From assembly GCA_035307765.1 (NCBI GenBank), contig DATGHU010000041.1, positions 22,089 to 86,088 on the forward strand: a stretch of DNA of 64,000 bases, read 5' to 3'. Position 1 is the first letter of the stretch; the number at the start of each line of letters is the position of its first letter. The stretch is from a bacterium (GTDB lineage: Bacteria > Sysuimicrobiota > Sysuimicrobiia > Sysuimicrobiales > Segetimicrobiaceae). The notes under the pieces were generated by a model. It was not told the origin of the DNA, ran no database searches, and saw nothing but the letters and a program-made list of their open reading frames with translations. Shown piece by piece: positions 9,544-17,687 of the stretch. The position numbers were made by a program, and so were the translations under genes.

Positions 9544-10380
9544 ATGAGTCCGCCCCTCGTCGAGATGCAGGGTATCGAGAAGCACTTCGGCGCGGTTCAC
9601 GCGCTCCGGGGAGTGGATTTCACATTGGCGCCCGGGGAAGTTCACGGCCTCGTCGGCGACAACTCCGCCGGAAAATCCACCCTCATGAAGATTCTATCCG
9701 GCGCGGTGCAACCCGAGGCCGGACGAATTGTATTCCGCGGGGCCGCGGTTCGGTTCACCACTCCCGCCGACGCGCGCCGGCGCGGCATCGAGATGGTGTA
9801 CCAGGACTTCGCCCTCTGCAACAACCTCGATATCGCGCAGAACATCTTCCTTGGTCGCTGGCCGAAGCGAGCGCACGTGTTTGTGGACCGCCGGGCCATG
9901 CAGCGGGCGGCGGAGGCGATGCTGCGGCGTCTCCGCATCGATGCGCCGTCCGTGGCGGTCCAGGTCCGGCACCTCTCAGGCGGGCGCCGGCAGAGCGTCG
10001 CGATCGCGCGGGCGCTATCGGTCGACCCAGCGGTGCTTATCCTCGACGAGCCCACCGCAAACTTGTCGCCTGGTGCGACGCAGGAGGTGCTCCGTCTCGT
10101 CGCGGACCTGAAGCACCACGGGGTCGGCGTGATTCTCATCAGCCACAGGCTTCAGGAAGTGTTCGCGATTGGAGACCGCGTCACCGTGCTGAAGCAAGGA
10201 CGGCACGTCGCGACCCGCCTTGTTGGGGAGGTCACCGAGGACGAGATCCTGGAGCTTATCGTGACCGGAGGGCGGACGAGCGGAGCCGGCCCTATGGCCG
10301 TGGGGTCAGGGCTCCCCCCCGACCCGGCCCTTCCGGGAGGAGCGACCGGGTCAGGCCGCAGCGGTGAATCGCAACTTTGA
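9544..10380 (+). CDS. sugar ABC transporter ATP-binding protein, single NBD (FrcA-like)
   Basis: Walker A GDNSAGKST, signature LSGGRRQ, Walker B LILDEPT and H-loop ISHR are present. Only one NBD, followed by a ~40-aa Gly/Pro/Ser-rich tail. Confidence 0.9.
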   Translation: MSPPLVEMQGIEKHFGAVHALRGVDFTLAPGEVHGLVGDNSAGKSTLMKILSGAVQPEAGRIVFRGAAVRFTTPADARRRGIEMVYQDFALCNNLDIAQNIFLGRWPKRAHVFVDRRAMQRAAEAMLRRLRIDAPSVAVQVRHLSGGRRQSVAIARALSVDPAVLILDEPTANLSPGATQEVLRLVADLKHHGVGVILISHRLQEVFAIGDRVTVLKQGRHVATRLVGEVTEDEILELIVTGGRTSGAGPMAVGSGLPPDPALPGGATGSGRSGESQL

Positions 10381-10398
10381 CGCCCCGCCTCGAGCACG

Positions 10399-10680
10399 TT
10401 ACAGGCGCAGCAATCGCGCGGCGTTCTCCCCCAGCACCTGGCGTTCCTCCGCAGGCCGCAGCTCCGCCTGCTTGATCGCCAGAATCTGCGTGGACGGGAG
10501 CACGGCGGGTCCGTTCGATTCGAATAGAATTTGATGGGCTCCGATCTCACGCACGGTGTCCCGAATGTAAACGGCTCCATGACCGCGGTCGCCATCAGAT
10601 AGAGGTTCGACGCGCGCTTCGCCGCGACGATGGTGGAGCCGACGTAGGGAACTCTTGAGTGCGCAAACGCGCCAGATGCA
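10399..10680 (-). pseudogene. amidohydrolase_2 family gene, 3' remnant with a frameshift
   Basis: One minus-strand frame reads FAHSRVPYVGSTIVAAKRASNLYLMATAV (10673-10581). The adjacent frame continues YIRDTVREIGAHQILFESNGP...LRPAEERQVLGENAARLLRL to the stop at 10399. Together these resemble the last ~100 aa of amidohydrolase_2 proteins (NvYlDtS ... ilFGSDyP ... NAarll). No N-terminal half is present. Confidence 0.55.
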
Positions 10681-10707
10681 GTAGATGGCAGAGTGCGGGA
10701 GGTCGAA

Positions 10708-11118
10708 ATGCACATCGTCAGAGTGCAAGCGGCGCGGGCGCATCCGCCGGGGAGCCCCGAGAACTTCAGCGGTACCGCACGCTTCCAAGATCTGCACGCA
10801 ACGAAGGACGCTAGGGGCATCGATATGGTCGCGGTATTCTTCGCGCCGGGGGCGCGGACCCGGCCGCATGTTCACAAAACCTACCAGGCCCTCCATATCG
10901 TGGAGGGCGAAGGGATCGTTGCGACGGAACAGGAGCGGCGGCTCATCAGGCCGGGGGACATCGTGGTCATCCCTGCGGGCCAGTGGCACTGGCACGGGGC
11001 GACGCCGACCTCCGCGATGTGCCACATTTCCACACGGCCCGTGGGCCCGACGGACTGGTCGGTTCCGTTGCGAGACTGGGATACATACGCGGAGGGAGCC
11101 CGCGGCTCAGGTGCATAG
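10708..11118 (+). CDS. cupin domain protein
   Basis: GGGAGG lies 6 nt before ATG 10708. Cupin motifs: GARTRPHVHKTYQALHIVEGEG and GDIVVIPAGQWHWHG. Confidence 0.75.
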   Translation: MHIVRVQAARAHPPGSPENFSGTARFQDLHATKDARGIDMVAVFFAPGARTRPHVHKTYQALHIVEGEGIVATEQERRLIRPGDIVVIPAGQWHWHGATPTSAMCHISTRPVGPTDWSVPLRDWDTYAEGARGSGA

Positions 11119-11444
11119 GGAGACTCCCTGGAGGGTGCGACGTGAGGTGAGGCTTTACGGGTGCCACTCGGCCCCTGACCCGACTGGGTATAGAACGACG
11201 CGGCGCCAGAGAGAGGGGAGTGTGTAGAGCTTAGACTCCACGCATTGCGTCCGCTTTTCCCCAACGGGCCGGCTGGGATGAGTCCTAGAGCGCCTTTTTG
11301 GATCCCGCGGCCATTTCGGGGAGATTCTCAGTTAGATGTTCGGCTCTCCGAGTATCCCATCTGCTTTGTCTTGCTGGTCGCCAAAGGAACATCGGCACCG
11401 CTTCCCAGCCCCGATACCGTCTTTGCCTCCTCCGGCCCACTCTG

Positions 11445-12988
11445 TCACGGTGAGAGGGTGACCCCTCGGAAGCGCATCATGCCGTCGGGAACCTGCACAA
11501 ACCCGTGCACGCGGGTGGAAATGAGCTTGTATTCTTTAGGGAAGTACAGCCACACGTAGGGCACGTCATCGACGAGCAGCTTTGTCACCTCACCGTACGC
11601 CCGGCGCCGCTGACTCATGGCCCCTAGGTACCGTGCGGCGTCGAGGAGTGTTTGGACGCGTTGGTTGTTGTACCCCGTGTAGTTGAAGGACCCGATGCCA
11701 GACTGGGTTGTAAACGGGTAGATATCGAAGTCGGGATCGGGACGGCCGCTCCACTCGATGAGCGCCGCTTCCTCCTTCAAGTGGCTGATCGCATCGATAA
11801 TCGTGCCCTGATCAACGATCTGGATCTTCATCTGGATCCCCGCGTCCGCGGCCATTGCTTGGATCGCTTGTGCGACCGCTAGGCGTTGTTGTCCCGGCTG
11901 GGTAAGGAACGTGAAGGTGAATCCCTCGGGATGTCCCCCGGCCTGAAGTTTCTCTTTAGCCAGCGCGACGGTCCGTGGGGGCAGCTTCCAGGCCGCATCG
12001 TACGCCGGCGTCCCGTTCGGGAAGAAGAAATACGCCGGGTACGCGGCGCCCTGAAGCACGACATTGGCGATCGCATCACGATCCACCGTGGCGGCGAAAG
12101 CCTGACGGAGCAGCTTGTTGTCAAAGGGCGGTTTGGTGACGTTCAACGCGATGGCGGTCCAGGCGATGGCACCGTGCTGCAGCAGGCGGAAACCAGCCCC
12201 GGGCCGAGCGGCGTCTGCGGCCAGTTCCTTGACCTGAGGGAGGGGGAAACGGTGCCGACGATGTCCACGTCCCCAGATTTAAGATTCGCGATGCGGGCGT
12301 TGTCGTCGGTGATCATCCGGTAGACGATCCCGTCGAGCTGCGGGAGCCCTTTCTCCCAGTAGTCTGGGTTGCGGCGAAGCGTGATGTGATCCTGGGGGAT
12401 CTTCTCCGCGAACACGAAAGGGCCGGTCCCTACCGGGTGCAGCGTAAAGTTCAGGCCGTCCTTTTGCGTGGCGGTCGGAGAGAGCATCATCCCGGCCCGA
12501 TCCGTGAGGACATAGAGCAGCGGGCTGTAGGGCCGCTCCAGTGTGATCTGGACGGTCGCGGCGTCGACCGGGACGACATTTGCCACCGGTGCGATCTCAC
12601 TCCGTCGTGCGGAGGGGAACTTTGGATCCCGCATTCTATCGAAGTTGGCCTTCACCGCCTCCGCGTTGAATGGAATCCCGTCATGGAACTTTACCCCCTG
12701 ACGGAGTTTGAACGTCACGGTTTTCCCATCTGGGCTAATCGTCCATGACGCCGCCAGCATCGGCACGATGGCCAAATTCTCGTCGATATCCACCAACTTG
12801 TCGTAGAGGTTCTGAAACACCTGACGGTCCACCGCCGAGCCCGAGAGGTGCGGGTCCATAGTGGGAGGATCAAGGTCGAGCGCTGCCTTTAACAGCCCAC
12901 CGGCCTTCTGACCTTGCGCGGATGCCGTCGCCATGAGTCCCGCTACCGCGATGGCGGCAAACCCCAGCATGATTGGTTTTTGCACCAC
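11445..12988 (-). pseudogene. ABC transporter substrate-binding protein, family 5 (peptide/nickel type), split by a single frameshift
   Basis: The N-part (12988-12143) has a signal peptide and LKAALDLDPPTMDP...WTISPDGKTVTFKLRQGVKFHDG. The C-part (12146-11445) reads LNVTKPPFDNKLLRQAFA... Restoring one base near 12236-12246 reads through as ...VDIVGTVSPSLQVKELAADAARPGAGFRLLQHGAIAWTAIALNVTKPPFD. No cognate permease or ATPase gene is adjacent. Confidence 0.85.
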
Positions 12989-13381
12989 CCGACCTCCTCT
13001 TTTGTCCCCCGACTCGAGCCCGGCTGTCGCTTCCCTTGCCGATGTCGCTGCGTAGAGATGATGAGCCTTAGGCCACTGTCAGCTGAGGCTCCCAAATATG
13101 TACTGAGCCCTCGGACCGTTCCGCCACCCTTGCGACGGCGCAGCGGTTCACAGGCTACCCCCTTGGGAAGCGTCGATCACCAGCACCGGACATATCTTAG
13201 TTCCTCGATGCGTGATTCATCCCTTAGTTATGGTTTGATATTGCGGATGGGAGGGGATCGGTGGGGCAGACTGGTGGAAAGGAGCTGGCCGCGCGGAGGT
13301 CTGGCGGGCGGCGTGCGGGGTCAACTTCCTCGATGGCGCGCCCGTTTCACGCACTCAGCCCGCCGAACGATGGAGGTCGGA

Positions 13382-13795
13382 TCATGTGGAGACCTTCTTT
13401 TGGCACCTGGCACATCGGCCAAAAAAGTCCACGACATGGTCAAGCACGGCGAATTTCTTGTCCGGGACCCTAACGCGGCAATCAGTCAGACTAATCACCG
13501 TGCCGCAGTCGAGGCAGATCATGTGATGATGATGCCCGGGAGCGCAGAAGACATATCGTATCGTTCGATTCGCCTGCGGGAAAGACCGACAGAGTCCCGC
13601 TTCGGCCAGAGCCGCGATGAGGCGGTAGACCGTGGCTCGGCCTGGATGCAGCCCCGATTGTTCGGCCGCGATACGTAGCTCCTGAGGCGTGTACCAGCGT
13701 CGCGAAGAGGCGAAGATTCTGACGAGTCGACGCCGGAGTGGGGTTACGCGGAGTCCCACTTGGCGGAGCCGGGTCCAAACCGAGTCCGGGAGCAT
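13382..13795 (-). CDS. zur: Fur-family metalloregulator, probably Zur
   Basis: Winged-helix LRVTPLRRRLVRIF...TPQELR...ATVYRLIAALAEAGL, the HHHHMICLDCG motif and a C-terminal CARC pair are present. Divergent from a ZnuA-type transporter operon. Start is taken at ATG 13795 because the longer ORF would run through the promoter region. Confidence 0.8.
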   Translation of the reverse strand: MLPDSVWTRLRQVGLRVTPLRRRLVRIFASSRRWYTPQELRIAAEQSGLHPGRATVYRLIAALAEAGLCRSFPQANRTIRYVFCAPGHHHHMICLDCGTVISLTDCRVRVPDKKFAVLDHVVDFFGRCARCQKKVST

Positions 13796-13863
13796 CGAGG
13801 ATGTGACCACGAAATTGCCCACGGGGTTCGACCGATGAGACGATCTATCCTTGTTGTCGGCTC

Positions 13864-13893
13864 TTGACACCGGTTTCCATCTCGCTCTATAGT
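13864..13893 (+). promoter_or_regulatory. sigma70-type promoter candidate for znuACB
   Basis: TTGACA (13864-13869), an 18-nt spacer, then TATAGT (13888-13893), 56 nt upstream of the znuA ATG. It sits in an A/T-rich island within otherwise GC-rich DNA. Confidence 0.5.
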
Positions 13894-13905
13894 TTAAGAG
13901 ATTCA

Positions 13906-13915
13906 GTATCGATAC
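13906..13915. promoter_or_regulatory. perfect 10-bp palindrome GTATCGATAC, candidate Zur operator core
   Basis: Self-complementary decamer 13 nt downstream of the -10 hexamer, between the divergent zur and znuA starts. Confidence 0.35.
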
Positions 13916-13948
13916 CAAGTCTCAACAATAAAATTATGAAGGGACGCG

Positions 13949-14857
13949 ATGAAGCTGTCAAGGTCGGCGCGGGCGGCCGCCGTGAGCGGGATGATGATCG
14001 GATTGGGGGCCCTGGGAGTGACGCGTCCGGCTCCGGCGGCGCCTGCGGCTGCACGGATCATCATCGTTGCGGCGGAGAACTTCTATGGGGATATTGCCGG
14101 TCAGCTTGGCGGGGATCGCGTGTCTGTGACCAATATCATCAGTGATCCGAACGTGGACCCGCATGAATATGCGGCCAACGCTCGGACCGGCGTCGCCGTT
14201 GCCAACGCGCGCGTGATCATCCAAAATGGGATGGGCTATGACGAATTCATGAATCGCCTGGAGGCTGCGTCGCCGGATCTGCGGCGTAAGGTGATTGTCG
14301 TTGCGAATCTGGCTGGGCGCAAGACGGGCGAGAACCCGCACCTGTGGTACGACCCCCCGACGATCCCCAAGGTCGCTCAAGCCATTCTCGATACATTTGT
14401 GCAGCTCGACCCAGGCTCGGCGGCGTCTTATCGCAACCGGTATCGAACCTTCCGGGCATCCTTGCGGCCGTTGAACCAGGCCATCGCGAGCATCAAGATA
14501 GCGTACAACGGCACCTTGGTCGCGTCCACCGAGCCTGTCTTCGGTTACATGGCAGCTGCCCTCGGCCTGCGTGTGGTCACCCCGCTCGTGTTTCAGAAGG
14601 CGGTGGAGGAAGGGGAAGACCCCCCCGCCGCAGCGATGGCGCAGATGGAGGATCAGCTGAAGAAACACCAGGTCAAAGTCCTCCTGTACAACACTCAAAC
14701 GGTCTCCCCCATCACCAACAGGGTGCAAGAGCTGGCGAGACGCGTCGGTGTCCCAATCGTGGGCATCTCAGAGACCGAGCCGCCGAGGGAGTCATACCAG
14801 CAGTGGATGCTCTCGCAGTTGGGCGCGGTGCGAGCGGCACTCGGCCGGGGCAAGTAG
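13949..14857 (+). CDS. znuA: metal (zinc-type) ABC transporter substrate-binding protein, TroA/ZnuA family
   Basis: Signal peptide is followed by IIIVAAENFYGDIAGQLGGDRVSVTNIISDPNVDPHEYAANARTG, with the conserved DPHEY metal-site motif. Metal specificity is inferred only from the adjacent Fur-family gene. Confidence 0.8.
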   Translation: MKLSRSARAAAVSGMMIGLGALGVTRPAPAAPAAARIIIVAAENFYGDIAGQLGGDRVSVTNIISDPNVDPHEYAANARTGVAVANARVIIQNGMGYDEFMNRLEAASPDLRRKVIVVANLAGRKTGENPHLWYDPPTIPKVAQAILDTFVQLDPGSAASYRNRYRTFRASLRPLNQAIASIKIAYNGTLVASTEPVFGYMAAALGLRVVTPLVFQKAVEEGEDPPAAAMAQMEDQLKKHQVKVLLYNTQTVSPITNRVQELARRVGVPIVGISETEPPRESYQQWMLSQLGAVRAALGRGK

Positions 14858-15666
14858 TGTCCGACACTCCGGCGATCACGCTTGATCAGGCATCCCTGCG
14901 GTTCGACCATGGACCGTTGTGGGACGGATTGTCGCTGGCTGTGCCGCAGGGCGAGTTTCTCGCGGTGCTGGGGCCGAATGGCTCGGGGAAGACTTCGCTC
15001 CTCCGCGTGCTGCTGGGACTGCAGAGGCTCAACGCCGGCCGGGCGCGGGTCCTTGGACATCTTCCCCACCGGGGGAATCAAGCGATCGGGTACGTGCCGC
15101 AGCAGCGGGCCTTCGATCCCGACCTCCCGCTTCGTGGTCGCGATCTGGTGCGGTTTGGCCTAGACGGGAACCGGTGGGGGTTCATGCGAAACGCACGAGG
15201 GGCGGAGCGCGACGTCGAGGAGATGCTGGCACTCCTCGACGCGCGGGCGTTCGCCGACTCTCCGGTTGGACGCCTGTCCGGTGGCGAGCAGCAGCGCCTT
15301 CGAGTTGCCCAGGCCCTGATCGGTAGACCGCAGCTCCTGCTCTGCGACGAGCCACTCCTCAGCCTGGATCTGAATTATCAACAAACCATCGTGCAATTAT
15401 TTTCTGAGTGGAATCGCCGGAGGGGCGTTACCGTCATTTTTGTCACACACGATGTCAACCCCCTGTTAACCGCGATCGATCGGGTGTTGTTACTCGCCGG
15501 CGGCCCCTGGGCGGTCGGTGGTGTCGACGATGTGTTGACGTCCGAGACACTCACCCACCTCTACCGGCGGCCGGTGGAGGTCGAGCGTATCAAAGGGCGG
15601 GTCGTGGTGCTCGGTGCTGAACTTGGCGGGCACGAGCCGCTGCACATGCACGGGGGAACCGTTTGA
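14857..15666 (+). CDS. znuC: metal ABC transporter ATP-binding protein
   Basis: GTG 14857 overlaps the znuA stop (TAGTG). Walker A GPNGSGKTS, LSGGEQQR and LLLCDEP are present. Confidence 0.9.
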   Translation: MSDTPAITLDQASLRFDHGPLWDGLSLAVPQGEFLAVLGPNGSGKTSLLRVLLGLQRLNAGRARVLGHLPHRGNQAIGYVPQQRAFDPDLPLRGRDLVRFGLDGNRWGFMRNARGAERDVEEMLALLDARAFADSPVGRLSGGEQQRLRVAQALIGRPQLLLCDEPLLSLDLNYQQTIVQLFSEWNRRRGVTVIFVTHDVNPLLTAIDRVLLLAGGPWAVGGVDDVLTSETLTHLYRRPVEVERIKGRVVVLGAELGGHEPLHMHGGTV

Positions 15667-16523
15667 TGACCTCGCTTTGGCATTACGCGTTTGTGCAGCA
15701 CGCGCTTGCCGCTGGGGTGATGGCCGCCATCCTCGCGGGATGTGTGGGGCCAATCGTCACGATCCGCAACATGGCATTTGCCGTGCACGGCTTAGCCGAA
15801 GTGGGCTTTACTGGGGCGGCGGGAGCCGTGATGCTTGGAGCATCGCCCATGATCGGCGTGCTGACGGCCACCTTTGCTGCCGCGGCAGCCATCGGCATCC
15901 TGGGAGTGCGCCTGCGCGAACGCGATGTCGCCATCGGGAGCGTCCTGGCCTTCGGCATCGGTCTGGGCGTCCTGTTCTTGAGTCTCACCAAGCGCTACGC
16001 AGCAGAAGCATTCAGTATCCTCTTTGGATCGATCCTGGCCGTCAGTCAAGAAGATTTGTTGCGGGTTGCTTTCGTTGGAACGATCGCGTTGGCCGCTTTG
16101 GCGGTGATCTACCGGCCCCTGCGGTTCGCCAGCGTCGATCCAGAGGTGGCAGAGGCTCGCGGCGTTCCCGTCCGCCTGCTTTCCTCGGTATTCTTGCTGC
16201 TTTTGGCGCTGGCGGTCTCTGAGGCTGTCCAGGTGGTCGGGGTCCTCCTGATCCTCACCCTGCTGGTCGTCCCCTCTGCGGCTGCGCAGCGGCTAACCCC
16301 TCAACCCCGTTTGGTGGTCGTCTACAGCGTGGGTGTCGCGCTCGTTTCCACGGTCGGCGGCCTCGCCGGAGCGATCTACACATCACTGCCGGTTGGTTTT
16401 TTTGTCTCAGCTTTTAGCTTCGCCGCATACCTGCTCGCGCGCGTGATCGGTCCGCGCCTGATGGGCGGCACAAGGACGGCGGCGCACGCCGAGCATCCGG
16501 TCGCGCCGATACCTGGCAAGTAA
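15666..16523 (+). CDS. znuB: metal ABC transporter permease (ABC-3 family)
   Basis: ATG 15666 overlaps the znuC stop (TGATG); TTG 15663 is the alternative start. Polytopic membrane protein with ABC-3-like helices. Confidence 0.9.
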   Translation: MTSLWHYAFVQHALAAGVMAAILAGCVGPIVTIRNMAFAVHGLAEVGFTGAAGAVMLGASPMIGVLTATFAAAAAIGILGVRLRERDVAIGSVLAFGIGLGVLFLSLTKRYAAEAFSILFGSILAVSQEDLLRVAFVGTIALAALAVIYRPLRFASVDPEVAEARGVPVRLLSSVFLLLLALAVSEAVQVVGVLLILTLLVVPSAAAQRLTPQPRLVVVYSVGVALVSTVGGLAGAIYTSLPVGFFVSAFSFAAYLLARVIGPRLMGGTRTAAHAEHPVAPIPGK

Positions 16524-16533
16524 GTCGTGGGTG

Positions 16534-16568
16534 GGCGATTCGCGTGCATTGCGCATCGCCTTGAATTT
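16534..16568 (+). terminator. candidate intrinsic terminator after znuB
   Basis: GGCGATTCGCG-TGCAT-TGCGCATCGCC forms a ~10-bp stem with one mismatch, followed by TTGAATTT. It begins 11 nt after the znuB stop. Confidence 0.4.
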
Positions 16569-16728
16569 CATGGATCTCCAGAGTCGGGCCACGCAGGGAG
16601 AGGAGACAGGTTCGAGGGCAGGGGGGGCCAATTGTCGGCATTCCTCCGAGGGTGATGGGTTCTCGCGGCGCAGGCGCGGTTCGAACGGCAAAGTCCCACT
16701 GGCTGAATCACAAAACACAGCCCCCAGA

Positions 16729-17109
16729 TTATTTCCCTTTATCGCCCTGATCCCGCACCTGTCCGGTCGAGCAGGTGTTGTACGCGCCAAGGATTTGTGC
16801 CGCGGCGATCACGTTGGGGTTGCCTCTCGCCAGCCACTGCTGGACGGCCGCACTCGCCATTTGCACGAGTGTCGGGAACGTCTGGTTCTGGGTGCACAGC
16901 GTGACCCCTTGGGTGATCATGCTCGGGTTTCCATATGCTGCCCTAGCGGCGTCCGCAACCCCGGCGGCGTAGCCAGCTTGAAAGCCTTGATTGTAGGCGT
17001 TCCCGCCGAGGAAGTACTGTCGCAACTGGTCCCTGGTAACTACCTGGGCGGACGCCGCCGCGCTTGCTCCGAGGACAATCATGCCGATAAGCATCACTAC
17101 ACGTCGCAT
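16729..17109 (-). CDS. hypothetical small secreted protein (126 aa, 2 Cys)
   Basis: GGAGGTGAGAACG precedes ATG 17109. Signal peptide MRRVVMLIGMIVLGASAAASAQ. The mature part is Ala/Gly/Gln-rich with no motif I recognise. GC is lower than in neighbours. Confidence 0.6.
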   Translation of the reverse strand: MRRVVMLIGMIVLGASAAASAQVVTRDQLRQYFLGGNAYNQGFQAGYAAGVADAARAAYGNPSMITQGVTLCTQNQTFPTLVQMASAAVQQWLARGNPNVIAAAQILGAYNTCSTGQVRDQGDKGK

Positions 17110-17687
17110 CGTTCTCACCTCCCACTCAAGGTCACAGTGCACCGGTCACGCGGAGCCGAAACAGATAGGATCTCCTTGCCGAACGGAGGCCGCGATGTCC
17201 ACGAATGGGTTGTCCCCCTTTGGGCACTCGCGAGGGGACGCATTATGTGCCGCCGAAGACGCCATCCCCGGTTGCCTACGAGTATTCGGAGAATCCACCT
17301 GGGGTTCCGTTTCCGGTCTCCGACCACCTTCCAGTCGAGGCCGCCCCCCTTCCTGGATGCCCATTTCCAGAGGCCAGTAGCTACATGCGCTCCGGCGACC
17401 TCGGTTCCTACGTCCGCTCGGGCCCTAGGCTTTCGTTTGCGGAGCGATCCTCGGCTATTCGTCCATTCACGTGCGGTGGAAAGATGAAGATGTCTTCGAG
17501 ATTCAGGCTTGCCGCGTATTGTGTGCCGCACCGAACGGGGGGGCGTTGGTCGATGAACCGCGAAGTGACGCGCGCGGACTCATCGATGATATCGAGCGGA
17601 GGGCTGCGGAAGCATTATACCCGGCGAAGGTGCCCCCCACGATCCCGCAGAACCGCGAAGCGTGGGAGAACTGTTGCCGTTGGGTGA

